Positions 49,909 to 62,850 of a stretch of 64,000 nt of DNA are shown here, piece after piece; the stretch's first letter is position 1, and each line of letters begins with the position of its first letter. Position numbers and translations under genes: made by a program. The notes under the pieces were generated by a model, which was not told the DNA's origin, did no database searches, and saw only the letters and a list, made by a program, of their open reading frames with translations. The DNA comes from the human T2T-CHM13v2.0 reference genome, Homo sapiens. Location of the stretch: NCBI RefSeq assembly GCF_009914755.1, contig NC_060941.1. The stretch is one strand, 5' to 3'.

Positions 49909-50352
49909 TGAACTTTCCAGAGAGAAAGGAGAGAAGGTTTTGGACAAAGGCTGCCTGGGGAGTGTTGTGCATGGCAGAGGGTGAAGGGTGAGACGAGGCG
50001 TCTGGCCATCAGGTAGACAGGGCTAGCACTCCTCTGTCTGGTGTTCTGATCTGGCAATTCCTGCTGGAGCTTTACTTAGTGGTCTATCGTGACACTGGGG
50101 CCATTGTCTTGTGCTAGAGAAACCAGTCCGTGTGTGGCTTAAGCTGTGAACAACTAGAGGTAGCCCCCATCACCATTCCCCAGGCTTTTGTGAAGCAAGG
50201 TACAGGTTGAAATCAGTATATTTGAGTCAGTAAATATTCTTCGAGGGAGCAAACATTGAATGTCTAACTGCATGCTTATAAATTTGTTGTCTCATTTTGA
50301 TCTCTCAGCAGCCCTGTGAGGTGTGTGGTGCTGCACCTCAAAAGAGGAAACT

Positions 50353-50487
50353 GGCTAGGTGCAGTAGCTCACACCTGTAATCCCACCACTTTGGGAGGTT
50401 GAGAGGGGAGGATGGTTTGCTTGAGGCCAGGAGTTCAAGACCAGCCTGGTCAACATAACAAAACCCCTTCTCTATTTAAAATAAAAA
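50353..50487 (+). mobile_element. Alu monomer (FLAM-like)
   Basis: Single left-arm-type unit. Confidence 0.85.
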
Positions 50488-50553
50488 GGGAAAGTGAGGT
50501 TTGAGGGGGCGGAGCTTGCCCAAAGACAGCAGTGAGGACCTTTTGCGGCAGTC

Positions 50554-50679
50554 GCATGTGTATATATGTGTGCACGTGTGTTTGTGCATGAGTGTGCATG
50601 TGTGTGTATGCATGCATGTGTGTTTGTGTGTGCAAGAGTGTGCATGTGTGTGTGTGTGCACGCATGCATGTGTGTGTGT
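50554..50679. repeat. Imperfect (TG)n / TGCATG-rich alternating purine-pyrimidine repeat
   Basis: gcatgtgtatatatgtgtgcacgtgtgtttgtgcatgagtgtgcatg...gcatgcatgtgtgtgtgt. Confidence 0.95.
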
Positions 50680-50995
50680 CCCCACAAGGCTTCTGGGTAG
50701 CTCCTGAAATGGGCCAGGAGATGCAGGAGCAGCTGAGCACCCTTTATCCTTCCAGCCCTTTATCCTGCCTGCCATGCACCCGCTCTGCATCTTGCTCCCC
50801 TCCTTCTCCCTGGATCTGTTGGCTCTCTCTCCTCTGGGGGACCAGAGAGACCCTTTGGTGGCTGCCAGGAGAAGCAGCGGCGGCCAGCAGTTTAGGCTGA
50901 AGGGGAGAGATGGGGCGATGTCAGATCCCTCCCTGCTGACATTCACTCCCCACTCCCTGCCTGCAGTTCCCTTGAGACTCCTGGGCTTCATGGCC

Positions 50996-51097
50996 ATGAC
51001 TCGGCTTCAGTCCCCAGGCGGCGCGTCAGGCTGGGCCGGATGAGTCAGCATGGATGTTACATCTGCTCCTCCTGGGTACCCAAGGGCCTCTGAGTCA
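50996..51097. promoter_or_regulatory. Candidate intronic enhancer: AP-1/ARE motif cluster
   Basis: ATGACTCGGC (50996-51005), ATGAGTCAGCA (51040-51050), TGAGTCA (51091-51097). Confidence 0.45.
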
Positions 51098-51853
51098 CAG
51101 CCCCTGGCAGCCCCCTCAGTGGCCTGCCAAAGGCAGGGGCCATTCTGGAATGGGAAGGGAGCCGTCTGTGTGCCTGGGAGGCCTTGTGAGGAGGTCGGAA
51201 GGAGGAGAAGGGGCTGCAGGAGTCCCCCAGGGGCGGGAAGGAATAGGCCCAGTGGAGGAGGCAGTCCCCCAACCCGTGCTGCCCACCCCACCCATCCCCA
51301 GCTGCATGCGTTCCAGGGAAGGTGTGAGGTCGTTTCTTTCCCTCACTTCCCAGATGTTGGGAGAGCTGGATGGTTTTCTGGAAGCATGCCGATTGTCAAG
51401 GGCTCAGCCTGAGTTCAGGCCAGGATGCCTGTCTCTCCCTAATCAGCCTGGCTGCCCCATCCTAGGATTCGGCTGTTCGACTTTGGGCAAGGGGGATGCT
51501 CAGGAGGCTGCTTGGGGCTTTTGGGAGAAGCACCATGAGAGGGCTGAGCTGCCTCCCGCACCCCTCTATGGTGGCAGCTGAGGGAGCAGAAATAATAAAA
51601 CTGGGAATCCCAGAATCGTGGAGGCTTCTCCAGCTGTCAGGGGCCTGGCCTGGCCAGATCCCAGGGGAGTAGGGGTCACAAGGGCCCCTCATGCCTCCAT
51701 CTGGTCTCTCTCCTTCCCACAGAGGCTTGAGGTCTCTGAAAACCCACTCCCAGCCCCAGCTTGAAGCAGGCCAGACTGCCTGGGTCCACCCCTTCCAGAG
51801 TGCCTCAGGCAGGGGGCATGTCTCTGAGTACCTCAATTTTTGTATCTGTTAAG

Positions 51854-52104
51854 TGGGACGAACCAGACTTACTCTAGGGTTGGCATGAGAATAAAAAAAC
51901 AAAACAAATGTGAAAGTCAGTATTTTAAAGAGTCAGGGGAAAAGGTCAGGGGAAGGGTATGAGGTGGTTTTCTCTATGGGACAAACCAGACTTACTCTAG
52001 GGTTGGCATGAGAACAAAAAAACAAAAAAAATTGTGAAAGTCAGTATTTTAAAGAGTCAGGGGAAAAGATCAAGGGAAGGGTGTGAGGTGGTTTTCTCTA
52101 TGGG
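51854..52104. repeat. Tandem duplication, 2 x ~123 bp
   Basis: tgggac[g/a]aaccagacttactctagggttggcatgagaa...gaggtggttttctcta starting at 51854 and 51977; TGGG at all three junctions. Confidence 0.95.
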
Positions 52105-52390
52105 TGAATTAGCATCCTCATTTGCAAGAAAGCAGAACTGGGAGAGAAAGCTCCTACTCCCCTAACCTCCCCGCTGACCTTGGCAGCTGCAGCCTGGACC
52201 TAATTTACGGGGCTGTAAATATCCATGAAAGGGCCAGAGTTCCCTTTTGGGCTCTGGCTGTTGGGTGGGGAGAGCTCTGCTGAACCACAAACCCCTGGGC
52301 AGCCTCGTTAATTCTGCTCTGCTCAGAAGACGAGTAATGAGGCAGGGGGCCAGCAGTTGAGCCATGGTAACCTTCACCAGACAGCTGCCT

Positions 52391-52774
52391 GCACCATACT
52401 TCAGCCCTAGCACCGTACTCCAGCCCTAGCACCGGACTCCAGCGCTAGCACCGTACTCCAGCCCTAGCACAGTACTCCGGCCCTAGCACCTTACTCCGGC
52501 CCTAGCACCTTACTCCAGCCCTAGCACAGTACTCCGGCCCTAGCACCTTACTCCGGCCCTAGCACCTTACTCCGGCCCTAGCACAGTACTCCGGCCCTAG
52601 CACCTTACTCCGGCCCTAGCACCTTACTCCGGCCCTAGCACAGTACTGCGGCCCTAGCACCTTACTCCGGCCCTAGCACCTTACTCCAGCCCTAGCACCT
52701 TACTCCGGCCCTAGCACCTTACTCCAGCCCTAGCACAGTACTGCAGCCCTAGCACTGGACTCCAGCCCTAGCAC
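52391..52774. repeat. 19-bp minisatellite (VNTR), 20 copies
   Basis: Consensus GCACCTTACTCCGGCCCTA; 380 bp = 20 x 19, plus a trailing GCAC. Confidence 0.97.
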
Positions 52775-53786
52775 ACGTGCCTGTGCTCATTTCCCAGGGC
52801 TCATTCTGCCTTGGTGTGTGTACATGGGAGAAGACAATGGGGATCCGGGTGGGAACCTGCTCTAGATCCCAGGTCTCCACCTTCCTGACTCAAGAGGTCT
52901 TTACCCCAGTGGCAGCTGGTTCCTTGGCTCTGGGTACTGCCTTTGAGGTCCTTGAAAGTACTCACATCCCTCACTGAGGTCCAGGGCCTGTCTAGAGCAT
53001 GGACAGGGAGAGGGTCCTCCTGGGAGAGAGAATTCAAGCCTTGGAGGCAGAGACCAGACGTGTGTTTGCCCTGAAAATGCAGCTGGTGAAAATCACACAT
53101 ACATCATAGACACAAGAAGACAGAGGTATGTCCTTCTCTCTCTCATGCTTCCCTGTTGCTGGGCAAATTCTGAAGCCTTGGCCTGGCTCATGGGCCTGCA
53201 GCTGGGAGGGGAGAAGCAGTGCTGCTGTCCTGGGTGCTGAGCAGGCAAATCCCAGCTCCAGCGGGGTTTGCTCCCTGAGAGCTCGGCTCAGTGGCCCCAT
53301 TAGGCCAGTCACGGACTCCTCAGCCTCTTCTGAGGCCTGGTGTCCCCAGTCAACCCTCAGGCTGGGCCTGGAGCCCACAGACTTCTAGCATTGCTGGAAG
53401 ACTCCAGCAAAGTGTCAGCTGCTCGGAGACCTATGCTACTCATGGGGCGGAAGTGAAAGGCTCTGGTTCTGAACCAGCGGCAAAGGGGCTAGGTTCACCA
53501 AAGGGAAACGTGACTGCTGTGGACTCATACCTTGTTCCCAAAGAGTGTTCCATCAAGTGTTACTGTGAAAAAATACTACGACCAAAGGTCAAATAAGTTT
53601 GAAGAATGCTGGGCTGAACAAAATCAGACAGGTTTCTCCAGCCTAAAACCTTGCAGAGTCCTTGATATGGTGCGTTATGACCCTCCAAGAGGTTTTTCCA
53701 CTTGTAGGACCACAGAACCCTTATTTCAGGTACCATCAGGTACCTGGTATTCCACAGAACACACATTGGGAAACCCTTAAAAATCA

Positions 53787-54084
<298 letters not shown>

Positions 54085-54615
54085 TCAGGGGCTATGTTTC
54101 ATTCAACCGAACAAGACAGAGAAAAACAAGGGAGGGCAAGATGGGACCAGCCAGCACAGTGGAGGAATCCTGAACTATTTCTGTCTTGACCGCGAACTCA
54201 CTCTCTGACCTGGACTAGTTTATTTTGTTCCTTTTGCCCTATGCACCTGTTTCCCCATAAAACGAGTGGGATGCCTGGGCCACAGTTGATCCTTAGTGAA
54301 TATGTGTTAGGTGGACACATAAGAGGATTGGATGAGGGTCTCTCAAACTCTCTTTAGCCACAGCACTCTAGTGATGGGAGAGAGTGCAGGCTCTCGCCCC
54401 TCTGCCTGGATATGAATCCATCTGCACCTATTACCAGCCATTCACACTTGGGCAACCCAGCTCTTGGTGCCTTGGTTTCCTCTCCTGTAAAATGGAGCTC
54501 ACAATAGTGTGTACCTCTTAGGGTTGCTGTGAGATTTAAATAGGGGGGACCACTCTCAAAGTGACCAAGTTAGGACACTTTGAGAGTAAAGGAGCTACTG
54601 TAAATCACACTCAAG

Positions 54616-54905
54616 GCTGGGCAGGGTGGCTCACGCCTATAATCCCAGCACTTTACGAGGCCAAAGTGGGAGGATTGCTTGAGGCCAGGAGTTCAAGACC
54701 AGCCTGGGCAACATAGCAAGACCCTGTCTCTACAAAAAAATTTAAAAATTAGCCAGGTATGGTAGCACATACCTGTGGTCCCAGCTACTCAGGAAGCAAA
54801 CACAGGAAGATTGCTTGATCCCAAGAATTCAAGGTTATGAATTCTACAATCACATCACTACACCCCAGCCTGGGCAACAGAGCAAGATCCTGTTGTTTCT
54901 TAAAC
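54616..54905 (+). mobile_element. Alu (AluJ-like)
   Basis: Diverged dimer. Confidence 0.9.
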
Positions 54906-57709
54906 AAGAACAATAATAATTAATATGCTTGGACAACAGGTATATGCCAGGACTAACACAGAAAAACCAGGGTGTGTGGTGGCCTGAGGTTTCAGTCAAG
55001 GGGTGCCTGATACATAGCAAACTTTCCACACATATCAGCCCTTATCGTGTTGCTGTTCACCAGGATAGTATGCAGAAGGCCAGCACATAAACTAGCTCCG
55101 AATGGAGCTGCCCTGCCTGAGGAGGGCTGGGGGCTGCTCCTCAGTGCCCTCCCCAGCACCTCTGGGCCTTGGAGGCCCCATAGCCCCTAGAACTCTGCAG
55201 CGTAGTTTGAAAACCACTGAGTTTCCCTCCTGCTCCGTGATTTCTGATTCCCTGACCTGCTGTCCCTCTCCCCAGTGTTGCCAGGCCCCTCTGACAGCAC
55301 AGACCCAAATGACCCCGGCCCTTCCTCACTCCATGTGGAATTGCCTGCTGTGATCCCGAATGTCCTGTAGCCCCTTGACTGTGCAAAGATTCCAAATAGA
55401 AGATTGGCTGCCCTTGTGGGCTGCATGGGTTGTGGATTTCTCATTTTCTACCCCCCGTTTCCGTATGGCACGCTTATGTGCACGGGGTGGGTGGCCCTTA
55501 TAGCTCCCTGAGAAGAGTTTCTGCTTGATTGATGGAGAAACAGAGGCAGGGTGGTTGAATGAACTACCCAAGATGGCACAACAGCTGCGAGTGGAGCCTC
55601 TTTCTGGAACTCTCTTCCTCCCCTTGCCCCAGACTGGGGAAGGAGCCCCAGATGGCAGCAATACAAAGAGAGAATCTGGTAGGTCAGTTCCCCTACCTAG
55701 ATGGGCTGAGCGCCCCAGGAATGGGTGCAGCATAGAGGATAGGAGAAGGCAGACCGTGTGGGAGGCCTCAGGCTGAGGCCAGCTGTGACCTAGAGGATTA
55801 GGGTCGGACGCTGGGTGCTGGTGCGATTAAAGGCCGAGGCAGGTGGGCGGGCCAGCTCCTCTGTGTCTTCCGCTCAGGCTGAATGTGGACTTGGCCGCCC
55901 CTCCCTCCAAGGCACTGAGCCCTATTCAGGAGGCAGCTTCCAGGACGCTCCCAGGCTCCTGGCTCCCTGCTGGGCCCCTACGGCCCATTCACAGCCCACA
56001 TTCTAACGGCTGCCCCGACCAGCCCCAGAGCAGCCCCGGTCAGGCCGCCTCAATCCCACCCAGCCCAGACCCCATCAGGAGCACCTCACTACCAAAGTGG
56101 GTGAATCTGGGGCACAGTGCCTGGGGGAGGGGAGCTTCAGGACCAGTGGCACGGTATTAACAAGGAAATTGCATTGATGGGGCTTGTTTTCCCGAAAGCT
56201 CCAAACCACAGTTTGGATCTGCCTAATGATCCCAGTCCTCCTTAAGCAGGCTGTGAAGGAGGAGGAAGGGTAGGATATGTGCCCAGAGAGGGTCAGCCAC
56301 ACCCCCATCACAGTAGGATGCTCCCAGCTTCGCAGCAAGGGAAGCTGGTCTGGCCTCCGAGCCCAGGCCCTGGTGAGCTGCTGCCCTGCGAGAGGAAGGT
56401 AGCCCACTTTGTAGATGAGGTAGTTGTGGCTCGGGAGTTTGCTGTAAATGACACAAACCCTGGTTAGTGGTGGAGACAAGCATGAGGTTTGCCTTGTTCC
56501 TTGCTACCCCTGAGTGAGGGGTGCAGCCTCTGTTAGAAACTCCCAGCTTCCTTCTGGGGCAATGGGATGCACCTCTCTCCTGCTTTCTGTGCACTCATGC
56601 TCTCTCTGGCTCTCTCTGTCTCTTTCTCCCTTTGCCTCCCTTTCTCTCTCCCCCACGCCCCATACCCAATGTCAGCACCTGCCCTTGCTTTCATCTTCCT
56701 GGGGGTGGGGTTGGGGGTTGAAAGGTGTCCTGTGCATTCATGGAGCCCAGGCAGCCGGCCCATTGCTGCCTCTCCCTCCCCCTGCCCCAGCCGTCCTCCA
56801 TCCTCCGGGCATCCCCAAGGCCTCATTATTAGGGTAGCGGTGACCCCGCCCCCCATTGTCTGGCCCTGCCATGAAAGGTAGAGTTTTGGCAGAGAACCGA
56901 GGCTCGGCCTGATTCCAGCTTGTTCTCTGCTGTCTGGAGCCTGTTACTATGCTTGGGGCAGGGCAGGCAGGCCCTGGTGGGGGTGGAGGCTTGAGCCACA
57001 GGGCAGCCATGTCACTAGGACAACAGCAGGGAGCACTGGAGGGGGAGATTGAGGGGGAGAGCAGGTGGCTCTTTGTCTGCAGCCTGATCCCAGCACCCCC
57101 ACTGCACCCCCACCCCACGGCCCTCCCCAGCCTGGGAGGCAGCCCCTAGGAGGGGATTGGTGCTTGCTCCCAGGGCACGCAAAGTCATTGGGCTCCCTTC
57201 TCTAGGCCGAGGCAGGAGAGACTGCACAAGCTGTGCCGCAGACCAATGGCCCTCCTGCAGCCCCCACTGGGGGGCTCCCCAGGACTCCACCTGCTCCTTC
57301 TCAGCCCGCACCCCACCCCCTATCTACCCACCCAGAACAGGAGGGCCAGGCTAGTGAGACCCTGTGATGGAGTAGGGGTTGGCACAGGTGGCTTGTAGAG
57401 ATGGGAGGGGTCCCAGGCACCAAAGAAACAGACCCTCCCTGGCTGTGGTTGCCACATTCCCTCTCCAGGGTCCATTTCCTTAGCTGAGCAATGGAGGAGG
57501 TCAGAGCTGTTGCTGTCCGGGGCTGTTTCCTGATTTAAAAATCTCTGCCTATGGTAGGGCTGTGAGACTCATGGAGCCCCTTCCTCTCCTGGGCCCACAC
57601 TCACCTATTTGGTCCTTAAATTTTGTTCCTGGGCATCAGAGCAGTCCCTGGAGCTGGAGGTCAGTGGCACCTGGCCATGGCTTAGAGGAGTGCTCAGCTG
57701 TCTGGAGGT

Positions 57710-57905
57710 GGAATCCTGGCTCTGCCGCTTGCCGGGCAAATCACTTCACCTCCCCGTGCTAACTCTTCTGTGCCTCTATTTCCTCGTCTGTAATATGGGG
57801 ACATGGATAGGATCTGCTACATAAAGTTGTGTAGGAGTCAAAGACATTATATGCATAAGGTGCTTAAACAGTATTTGGCTCCATGAAAACACTCAGCAAA
57901 TATTA
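57710..57905 (+). mobile_element. MIR
   Basis: gaatcctggctctgcc...gggcaaatcacttcacctc...gcctctatttcctcgtctgtaatatggg...aaggtgcttaaacagt. Confidence 0.7.
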
Positions 57906-57915
57906 GGTGTTTTTA

Positions 57916-58691
<776 letters not shown>

Positions 58692-59079
58692 TTCTGTGGA
58701 GAATTGAAATAGCCCATGACTGAGACTCCTGACTGTTGCTCTTTGATTTTCTCAGAAATGCTACACACAGAATCCACTTTCCTAAAATAGCCTTCATTGA
58801 CCATCTAGAAAAGGCGAAAACGTGGGTTTGGTATTCCGGACTCCCTCGTCATGCACACACATACATCCTCAATGTCTGTTTGCCTTTTAAACAACTCACA
58901 GCTGCATCTCCAGGATGCAGTGGAGTCTTATGTAGGGAAGCACCTTCTGAACAAGAAAGCTCCTGGCGTCCAGGAGATGCTTGGTGTTAAAAGTGTTGCT
59001 GTGGGCATTGGGTGGGCTCCGTGAGGAAAGGGATAGAAATGATAAGGTCTTCTCTGGGAGAGGTGACTAAGATCCTGCC

Positions 59080-59392
59080 TTTTCTTCTTTTTTTTTTTTT
59101 TTTTTTTTTGAGATGGAGTCTCGCTGTGTTGCCCAGGCTGGAGTGCAGTGGCGTGATCTCAGCTCACTGCAAGCTCCGCCTCCCAGGTTCACGCCATACT
59201 CTCCTGCCTCAGCCTCCCGAGTAGCTGGGACTACAGGCGCACACCACCACGCCCGGCTACTTTTTTGTATTTTTAGTAGAGACGGGGTTTCACCGTGTTA
59301 GCCAGGATGGTCTCCATCTCCTGACCTTGTGATCCGCCCGCCTTGGCCTCCCAAAGTGCTGGGATTACAGGCTTGAGCCACTGCGCCTGGCC
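59080..59392 (-). mobile_element. Alu (AluY-like)
   Basis: Reverse dimer; TSD gatcctgccttttct. Confidence 0.95.
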
Positions 59393-60428
59393 CGATCCTG
59401 CCTTTTCTAACTGAACTGATGAGGCTTTTCATGGAAAATCAGTGCCTGTCTGTTCATCTGAACACCCACTAGTTATTCATCCAACAAATCTTGATTGAGT
59501 GCTGATAATGCCAGGCTCTGTGCTAAGTACCGGGGATAAGTTGTGATACCGACCCGCGAGGCGCCGCGGTCCAAGGAGGAGGCAAAAGCAGACAGACATC
59601 AGTGTGGGCTGGAGGCCCAGAGGTCTGGACAGAACAGAGGGTTCCGTGAGAACAGGCCATGGCTGAGGTGAGCCTGCCAAGAGAAGGGCATATCTGAGTA
59701 GTCAGGAAGGGTGAGTCGGAGTCTTCCAGGGAGACGGAGGAAGAAAGGGAATCCCAGGCAGAGGGACCCACGTGGTGCAAAGCTGCAAACGATGAAAGAG
59801 CACGGTGTAAAACACACAGACGCGCACTCCTACTCATGCGCGCGCACAAACACCCCCCAAACAAAACAAAAACCACAGAGCAGAGTGTCTCTGGGGAGCC
59901 CCACCAATCCTCCCCGCCTGGGTGTGTGGGAGGGGCCATGGGAGGGCGGCCAGGGGCAGAAGGACTTGCAAGGCAGTGCTTCTTGCTCCCCAGGGCCCTC
60001 TGGCATCCCCCCTGGGGTCCCTCTGGCCCAGTCCCCTTTCCCTTTGCCAGTCGCAGCTGAAATGTCCTTCTCCTGCTGTCCTCTCACCCGTCCCAGGCCC
60101 CAGAAGTTTCTCATCTTCCTGCACTCATTGCCTTTTCATTCGCACTTCCCTCTCCATGGTGAGAGGAGGCGGTTTAACCTCTCTGAGCCTCAGTTTCCTT
60201 ATCCACGTGAGATGGTTGGATTGGGTGATCCTGAAGGTCTGCAGGTCCTCCAGGACATTCCTATTTAGATGTTTCCCAGGGGGGTCCTTGGAAATCTCCC
60301 AGACACTGAGCCTCTGCCAGGGGCTGGGGACTAAAGCCAGTGAATAGTGGTGGAGATCAGGGCACCCACATCAGTGTGAAGAGGAGGTGGTGCCCTGCTG
60401 ACCCTGCTGCTGTCTGCTTTTCCCTCAG

Positions 60429-60587
60429 TTTGACCCTGGGAACACAGGCTACATTAGCACAGGCAAGTTCCGGAGTCTTCTGGAGAGCCACAGCTCCAAG
60501 CTGGACCCGCACAAAAGGGAGGTCCTCCTGGCTCTTGCCGACAGCCACGCGGATGGGCAGATCGGCTACCAGGATTTTGTCAGCCTA
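60429..60587 (+). CDS. RHBDL3: RHBDL3 coding exon 3 (EF-hand pair region)
   Basis: Acceptor tctgcttttccctcAG (60427-60428); 159 nt = FDPGNTGYISTGKFRSLLESHSSKLDPHKREVLLALADSHADGQIGYQDFVSL; donor CTA|GTGAGT; phase 0/0. EF-loop-like DPGNTGYISTGK and DSHADGQIGYQD. The rhomboid catalytic domain lies beyond the window. Confidence 0.95.
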
Positions 60588-60882
60588 GTGAGTGCTCTGG
60601 GGCCCTTGGTACTCGGGGGGACCTGTTTGAGGGTTATGGCTTCCACACATTTAAAGGATTTAGGCAATTCAAAGGATCTGTTGGCCTGCAGCATTGAAAA
60701 AGTCCAGGCTTCTGAGGTGAAAGGGTGCCACCAAGGACTCATCTTCTCTTTGTCTCTAGGCTCTGCCCTCCGCAGTGTCAGCCCATCCTCAAGGCAGCAC
60801 CTGGCAATTTCAGACCCTCCTGTTGTGGCAGCAAAGTGGCTGCAGCTGTTCCAGCCCTCATACCCTCAGGCTGCACCTTGCA

Positions 60883-60974
60883 GAAGGGAGGGAGGGAGGG
60901 AGAGAGAGAGGGAGGGAGGGATGGAGGGAAGGGGAGAGAGAAGAGGAGGGGAGGGGAGAGAGAGGAGAGAGAAA
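60883..60974. repeat. GA-rich polypurine tract
   Basis: gaagggagggagggagggagagagagagggagggagggatggagggaaggggagagagaagaggaggggagg... Confidence 0.9.
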
Positions 60975-62709
60975 CCCTTCTTGGTGTAGCTCTTGCACAA
61001 GGCCTGGTATTTTCTCCCTCCCATTGGCCTAGATTGGGTCAGTAGGATGGGTAGATTGCGTTAAATCAATCATTGCCCCACTCCTGTAGCTGAGAGTGGG
61101 GTCAGTTACGCCAAAATGAAGGGCTGCGAGTAGGTAGGGTATTGGTGGTAGGAGAAGGGGCTGGGGAGTGGGGGCCGGGAGGGTCAGTGCAGCATGTGGT
61201 AGAGCCAGAGCTCAGCATATCTGCTCAGCCGATGCCCTGGGCTGCCAAAGAGGCTGGAGAAGATAGGCCCATGGATCCTGCCCAGCGGTCTGTTATCTCG
61301 GAGCAGAGACTTCCCCTCACTGAGGGTTAGTGCTGCGCTATTTCAGGGGCTGCTGTGGACTGGGGTTCAGTGGGGTTAAGCAGGCAGTATTTCACCCACC
61401 ATGGGATGCAGGTGACATCAGTAGAAAAGCGGGGTGAACAAGCAGGTTGAAAATAAGACCCAAAGTTTTTGCTGGGTTTTCCTATTGGTGAGATGGAGCT
61501 GGTCACCTCTCTTCATGTCACCCATGGAGGGAGCGAGAGTGAAATGACTTGTGTGAAGCGCCCCAGACTCCTAAATTCAAAGGCACCAGTGATGGGGGAG
61601 CCGCCACCACTGGAGCCTGTCATTGTGCCACATGAGCGCTCTGATGTGGATGCCCAGGCAGGGGAGATGTTTCAACAGCCTCTTGGCTGAGGTCCAGCCT
61701 TGGTCCAAGGGTTGGCGTGATTGCAAGGAGCTGCTGTGGGGTTTTTAGGAGTGGAGGAATCGACTGCTGTTCAGAGTGGACCCGGGGAGCAGACCTCCTG
61801 GAGAGCAAGGGACAGAGCTGAGCTGAGCAGGGGAGGGGGACAGTGAGGATTCATAGGATAGGCAGTGAGGGTGAGTCCTGTGACTTGGAACCCAGCAGTG
61901 CCACCAAAGACCAGGCCAAAGGTTTGAGCCTGCCCAGGCTCATCCACAGCCACAGCCCCAGCACCTGTGTGTTTGCTGCAAGATGCCCTGCTAGGTCTTA
62001 GGGCACGTGGGGCCCAGGAGTGGCTTCTCTCCAGCCAGGGGTCAATGGAGCCTCTGTGTGAGCTCAGGACAGCAAGTTACTTGTTACTGCTGGGATTTCT
62101 GAGATTTCTCTGTTCAAATTCTGCACTGGATCTGTATGAGCAGGGCTGCCCTGGAGAGCAGACAAAGGGACTCACCAGAGGGGAAGCTCTGAGTAGAGCA
62201 GAGAGCTGAGGACCTGGAGTCTAGCAAACCCGGGTCCTGGTCTGGCTCTGCCTCTGCCACTCACTGGGAAAGAGCCTCTGAGCCTGCCTTTTCCCATTTG
62301 TAGAATAGATCCAAAGGATCCTCTCTTTAGGGTTGTTGCAAGGATCAAAAAAAGTATTTGAATATTTTTGATGTCTCTTAATGTTCTTCCACCAGGTAAA
62401 CTCCTCTGCATCCTTTGTGAGCCTTTATCTGCTCAAGCCAGGCAGAGTGAGTCAGCCTTTTTCAGAGCTCCCACAGTGCCTTGCCCAGGCCTCTCTCGTA
62501 GTACAGACCGCCACACTGCATTACAGCTGAGCAACCCGGGTAGTCGTGTATGAGTGTGCAGGTTGTATACTGTACAATGGTGCCTAGCTGAGAGATGATG
62601 GAGACTGAAATCTGGCCCGGACTTTGCCCACCAAGGCCTGGCATGGGTGCACCCATCCAGAAGAAGAGGCTCCTTTATCTGATTGGCACAACAGCTCTGT
62701 ATGGGCTAG

Positions 62710-62850
62710 CATGGACTGTGGAGTCAGGCAGATCTGTATTTGAATCCTGACTCTGTGGTTTACTAAGTATGAGTACCCGGGGAAACTACTCACCCTCTCC
62801 AAGCTTCAGTCCCCATATTTGTAATGTCGGAATAATACGGGGTGCCAAAT
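62710..62850 (+). mobile_element. MIR fragment
   Basis: tggagtcaggcagatctgtatttgaatcctgactctg...cttcagtccccatatttgtaatgtcggaataata. Confidence 0.65.

Noticed and set aside
50450-50997. His/Thr-rich and Cys/Val-rich ORFs
   Set aside because: Translations of the (TG/CA)n repeat.
52391-52774. 19-bp array as a possible CRISPR or coding repeat
   Set aside because: No unique spacers; the unit length is not a multiple of 3 and the palindromic CTAG at every unit junction puts stops in all frames. It is a minisatellite.
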